Of a stretch of 26,640 nt of DNA, positions 24,745 to 26,640 are shown piece by piece. The DNA comes from an uncultured Pseudomonadota bacterium. GTDB taxonomy: Bacteria; Babelota; Babeliae; Babelales; GCA-2401785. The DNA is taken from assembly GCA_964442725.1 (NCBI GenBank), contig CAYTZU010000001.1, forward strand, positions 1-26,640, read 5' to 3'. The number at the start of each line of letters is the position of its first letter. The first letter of the stretch is position 1. The position numbers and the translations under genes are program-made. Below the pieces are notes generated by a model. The model saw nothing but the letters and a program-made list of their open reading frames with translations, searched no databases and was not told where the DNA came from.

Positions 24745-26640
24745 TCATTGAGTTGCAAAATCTTTTTTTGATACGAGAATCTGTTGCAATTTTCCTTCTC
24801 TTTTAATTGTTTCCATCAAACAAACAGAGTCCAAAATTTTTAAGCGATCAATTTGCATTGTGCTAAAAAGTTCTTTAAAAGATGTATGAGCAACCAATAT
24901 TGCGATCAAATCGATATTTTTTATCTCTTCGATGATCTCTTTTTGATCCAAAGATTTTATGCCCAAGGCTTCTATTATGCTTTTTTCAACATGTGGATCA
25001 AAAACTGAGACCTCAATATTTGGGAAATTGTTTAATTTCAACGCTATTTCAAGGGCCGGCGATTCTCTAAGGTCAGGCACATTGGGTTTGTATGTCAATC
25101 CAAAGATTAAAACCCTGAATTTGTCAGTATTTGTTAGGTTTTTATATTCAGCCTTTTTTAAAATTTGCTTGATGATTTTCTCAGGTCTAGCTCTGTTAGC
25201 CTCAATTGCACTGCTTAAAACCGCGTATTCACCGCTCAATCCAGCCTCTAAAAATAATGGGTCGACCGCTACGCAGTGTCCGCCAACGCCTGGTCCGGGA
25301 TTTAAAATATTGACTCGTGGGTGCCGATTTGCGATTTCTTTAATTTGTGTTGCGTTAAGCCCAAGTTCATGGGCAATGTCACAAACCTCATTGGCAAGGG
25401 CGACTTGAACATTCCTAAAGCTATTTTCGACAAGTTTGATCAGCTCTGCGCTTTTGAAGTCGACAAAGCTCAAGTTCCCAGTACAAAATGATTTATAAAG
25501 TTTGTTTGCAAAAAGAAAGGCTTGTGGGCACTCTGCTCCGATGACTCTGTCATTTTCGATAATTTCCTGTTCCATGCGGCCTGGAAGAACTCGTTCTGGA
25601 CAATAAGCAACGAAAAAGTCTTTGTTTGCCTGCAGTCCTGACAATGAGCTGATTTTTGCCTCTAGTTGCTCGGTTGTGCCGACTGGGACGGTTGATTCCA
25701 AGATTATTAGAGCGCCGGGTTTTAAATTTTTGGAAATTGACTCTGCGCATTGAAAAACATATGAAAGATCAGCTTTCCCATTTAAAAGCGGTGTGGGAAC
25801 GCAAATGATGAAGAAATCAACAGGTTTGTCCAGTGTTTGCAAGAGTGTTAATGTGTTTTTTTGGATCTGATTTTTTAACTCGTCACAAAGCGCTCCTTCT
25901 AAAAACTCGATTTCTCCAGCCTTTATTTTATTAAGTCGAGCTAAATTGGTATCAATTCCGGTCACGCAAAACCCGGTTCTTGCCAAAACAGTGGCGGTTG
26001 GAAGTCCGACATATCCAAGTCCAAAAACTGCCACAGAAATCGGTTTCTTTTCACAAAATTTTATATTTTTATCAAGTGTGGCTGGCTTGATAGATAGAGC
26101 GTCTTCGGCCTCTTTTGGGAAGTGCTGTTCAATTATCTCGACAATTTTCTTGCTCGCGTCTCCCTGTCCATAAGTATTGAATAAATCATTTGATTGAGCA
26201 GTTTTTTCGCATTTGATTGAATAACAATTTTCAAGTGCTTGATTGATGAGCTCCTGGTCAAAGCCTGTCAAAATAACATTGTCCAACTGAAGATTTTCAG
26301 GCCGCTCAATATTATTTCGCACACAAATTGTTGGTTTTCCGAGTGTTGAGGCCTCTTCAAAGACTCCGCCAGAATCAGTTATTACAAAATCTGTTTCTTT
26401 TAGGGCATAAATAAACTCTGGATACCCCAACGGAGGCATAAATGCGATGTTTTTTGAGAGATTATTTTTTAGAAAATTGCAAAAATCATCAAGTGCTGGA
26501 TTTGGATGTCGTGGATAAATGATTGCCAGGCTATCCGGTCCATGTTTTTCGATGAATTTTGAAAAACTTGCAGCAAGATTTAAAAGTTCAGACCCAAGTG
26601 ATTCGCGCCTGTGCACAGTCATTATTGCAAGTTTTTTATA
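24745..26640 (-). CDS. wecC: In-frame fusion of UDP-GlcNAc 2-epimerase (WecB, 5'-truncated by the window) and UDP-ManNAc dehydrogenase (WecC)
   Basis: WecB motifs TVHRRES, HPNP, PPLGYPEF, TDSGGVFEEA, RNNIERPE, YGQGDAS. A linker of about 26 aa with no stop leads to WecC motifs FGLGYVGLPTA, YCPERVLPG, KLVENSFR, GVGGHCVAVDP, YKPNVPDLRESPA. The frame is open to base 26640. Confidence 0.9.
   Translation of the reverse strand, partial: YKKLAIMTVHRRESLGSELLNLAASFSKFIEKHGPDSLAIIYPRHPNPALDDFCNFLKNNLSKNIAFMPPLGYPEFIYALKETDFVITDSGGVFEEASTLGKPTICVRNNIERPENLQLDNVILTGFDQELINQALENCYSIKCEKTAQSNDLFNTYGQGDASKKIVEIIEQHFPKEAEDALSIKPATLDKNIKFCEKKPISVAVFGLGYVGLPTATVLARTGFCVTGIDTNLARLNKIKAGEIEFLEGALCDELKNQIQKNTLTLLQTLDKPVDFFIICVPTPLLNGKADLSYVFQCAESISKNLKPGALIILESTVPVGTTEQLEAKISSLSGLQANKDFFVAYCPERVLPGRMEQEIIENDRVIGAECPQAFLFANKLYKSFCTGNLSFVDFKSAELIKLVENSFRNVQVALANEVCDIAHELGLNATQIKEIANRHPRVNILNPGPGVGGHCVAVDPLFLEAGLSGEYAVLSSAIEANRARPEKIIKQILKKAEYKNLTNTDKFRVLIFGLTYKPNVPDLRESPALEIALKLNNFPNIEVSVFDPHVEKSIIEALGIKSLDQKEIIEEIKNIDLIAILVAHTSFKELFSTMQIDRLKILDSVCLMETIKREGKLQQILVSKKDFATQ

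Noticed and set aside
23363-24748. Calling the second wecC a pseudogene
   Set aside because: The reading frame is uninterrupted over 450 aa and has its own RBS and leader, so it is kept as a CDS pending selection analysis.
129-26173. Numerous 60-160 aa ORFs antisense to or out of frame within the long genes (e.g. 129-494, 5357-5758, 8546-8854, 21732-22211, 24959-25408)
   Set aside because: They are fully nested in well-supported genes and show no motifs or RBS; typical shadow ORFs.

Overview
AT-rich bacterial DNA, most consistent with Ca. Dependentiae (TM6/Babelota), obligate intracellular parasites of protists. This taxonomy is an inference from recognised protein styles: a beta-solenoid family at the left edge, many signal-peptide hypothetical genes, and eukaryote-like MIR and F-box domains. 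There are about 21 CDS and one tRNA-Ser(TGA). Clear housekeeping or metabolic genes are metG, hppA (membrane pyrophosphatase), a CPD photolyase, an ABCB-type exporter, a Fic-wHTH protein and an in-frame wecB-wecC fusion truncated by the right edge. The most unusual observations are: (1) a tandem WecC paralog with a signal peptide and a Cys-to-Ser change at the catalytic nucleophile, directly behind the WecB-WecC fusion; (2) a secreted EEP-fold hydrolase whose catalytic SDH motif precedes the rest of the domain, an apparent circular permutation; (3) an 11-bp-phased repeat array over the fic promoter; (4) two adjacent genes with the same 11-mer amphipathic helix register but different charge and localisation; (5) a membrane-anchored F-box/propeller protein and a MIR/tectonin-like protein as candidate host-directed effectors; (6) a tiny secreted Cys-rich peptide. 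I saw no CRISPR array, IS element, integrase or rRNA. All domain calls are by-eye motif recognition; no database searches were run.
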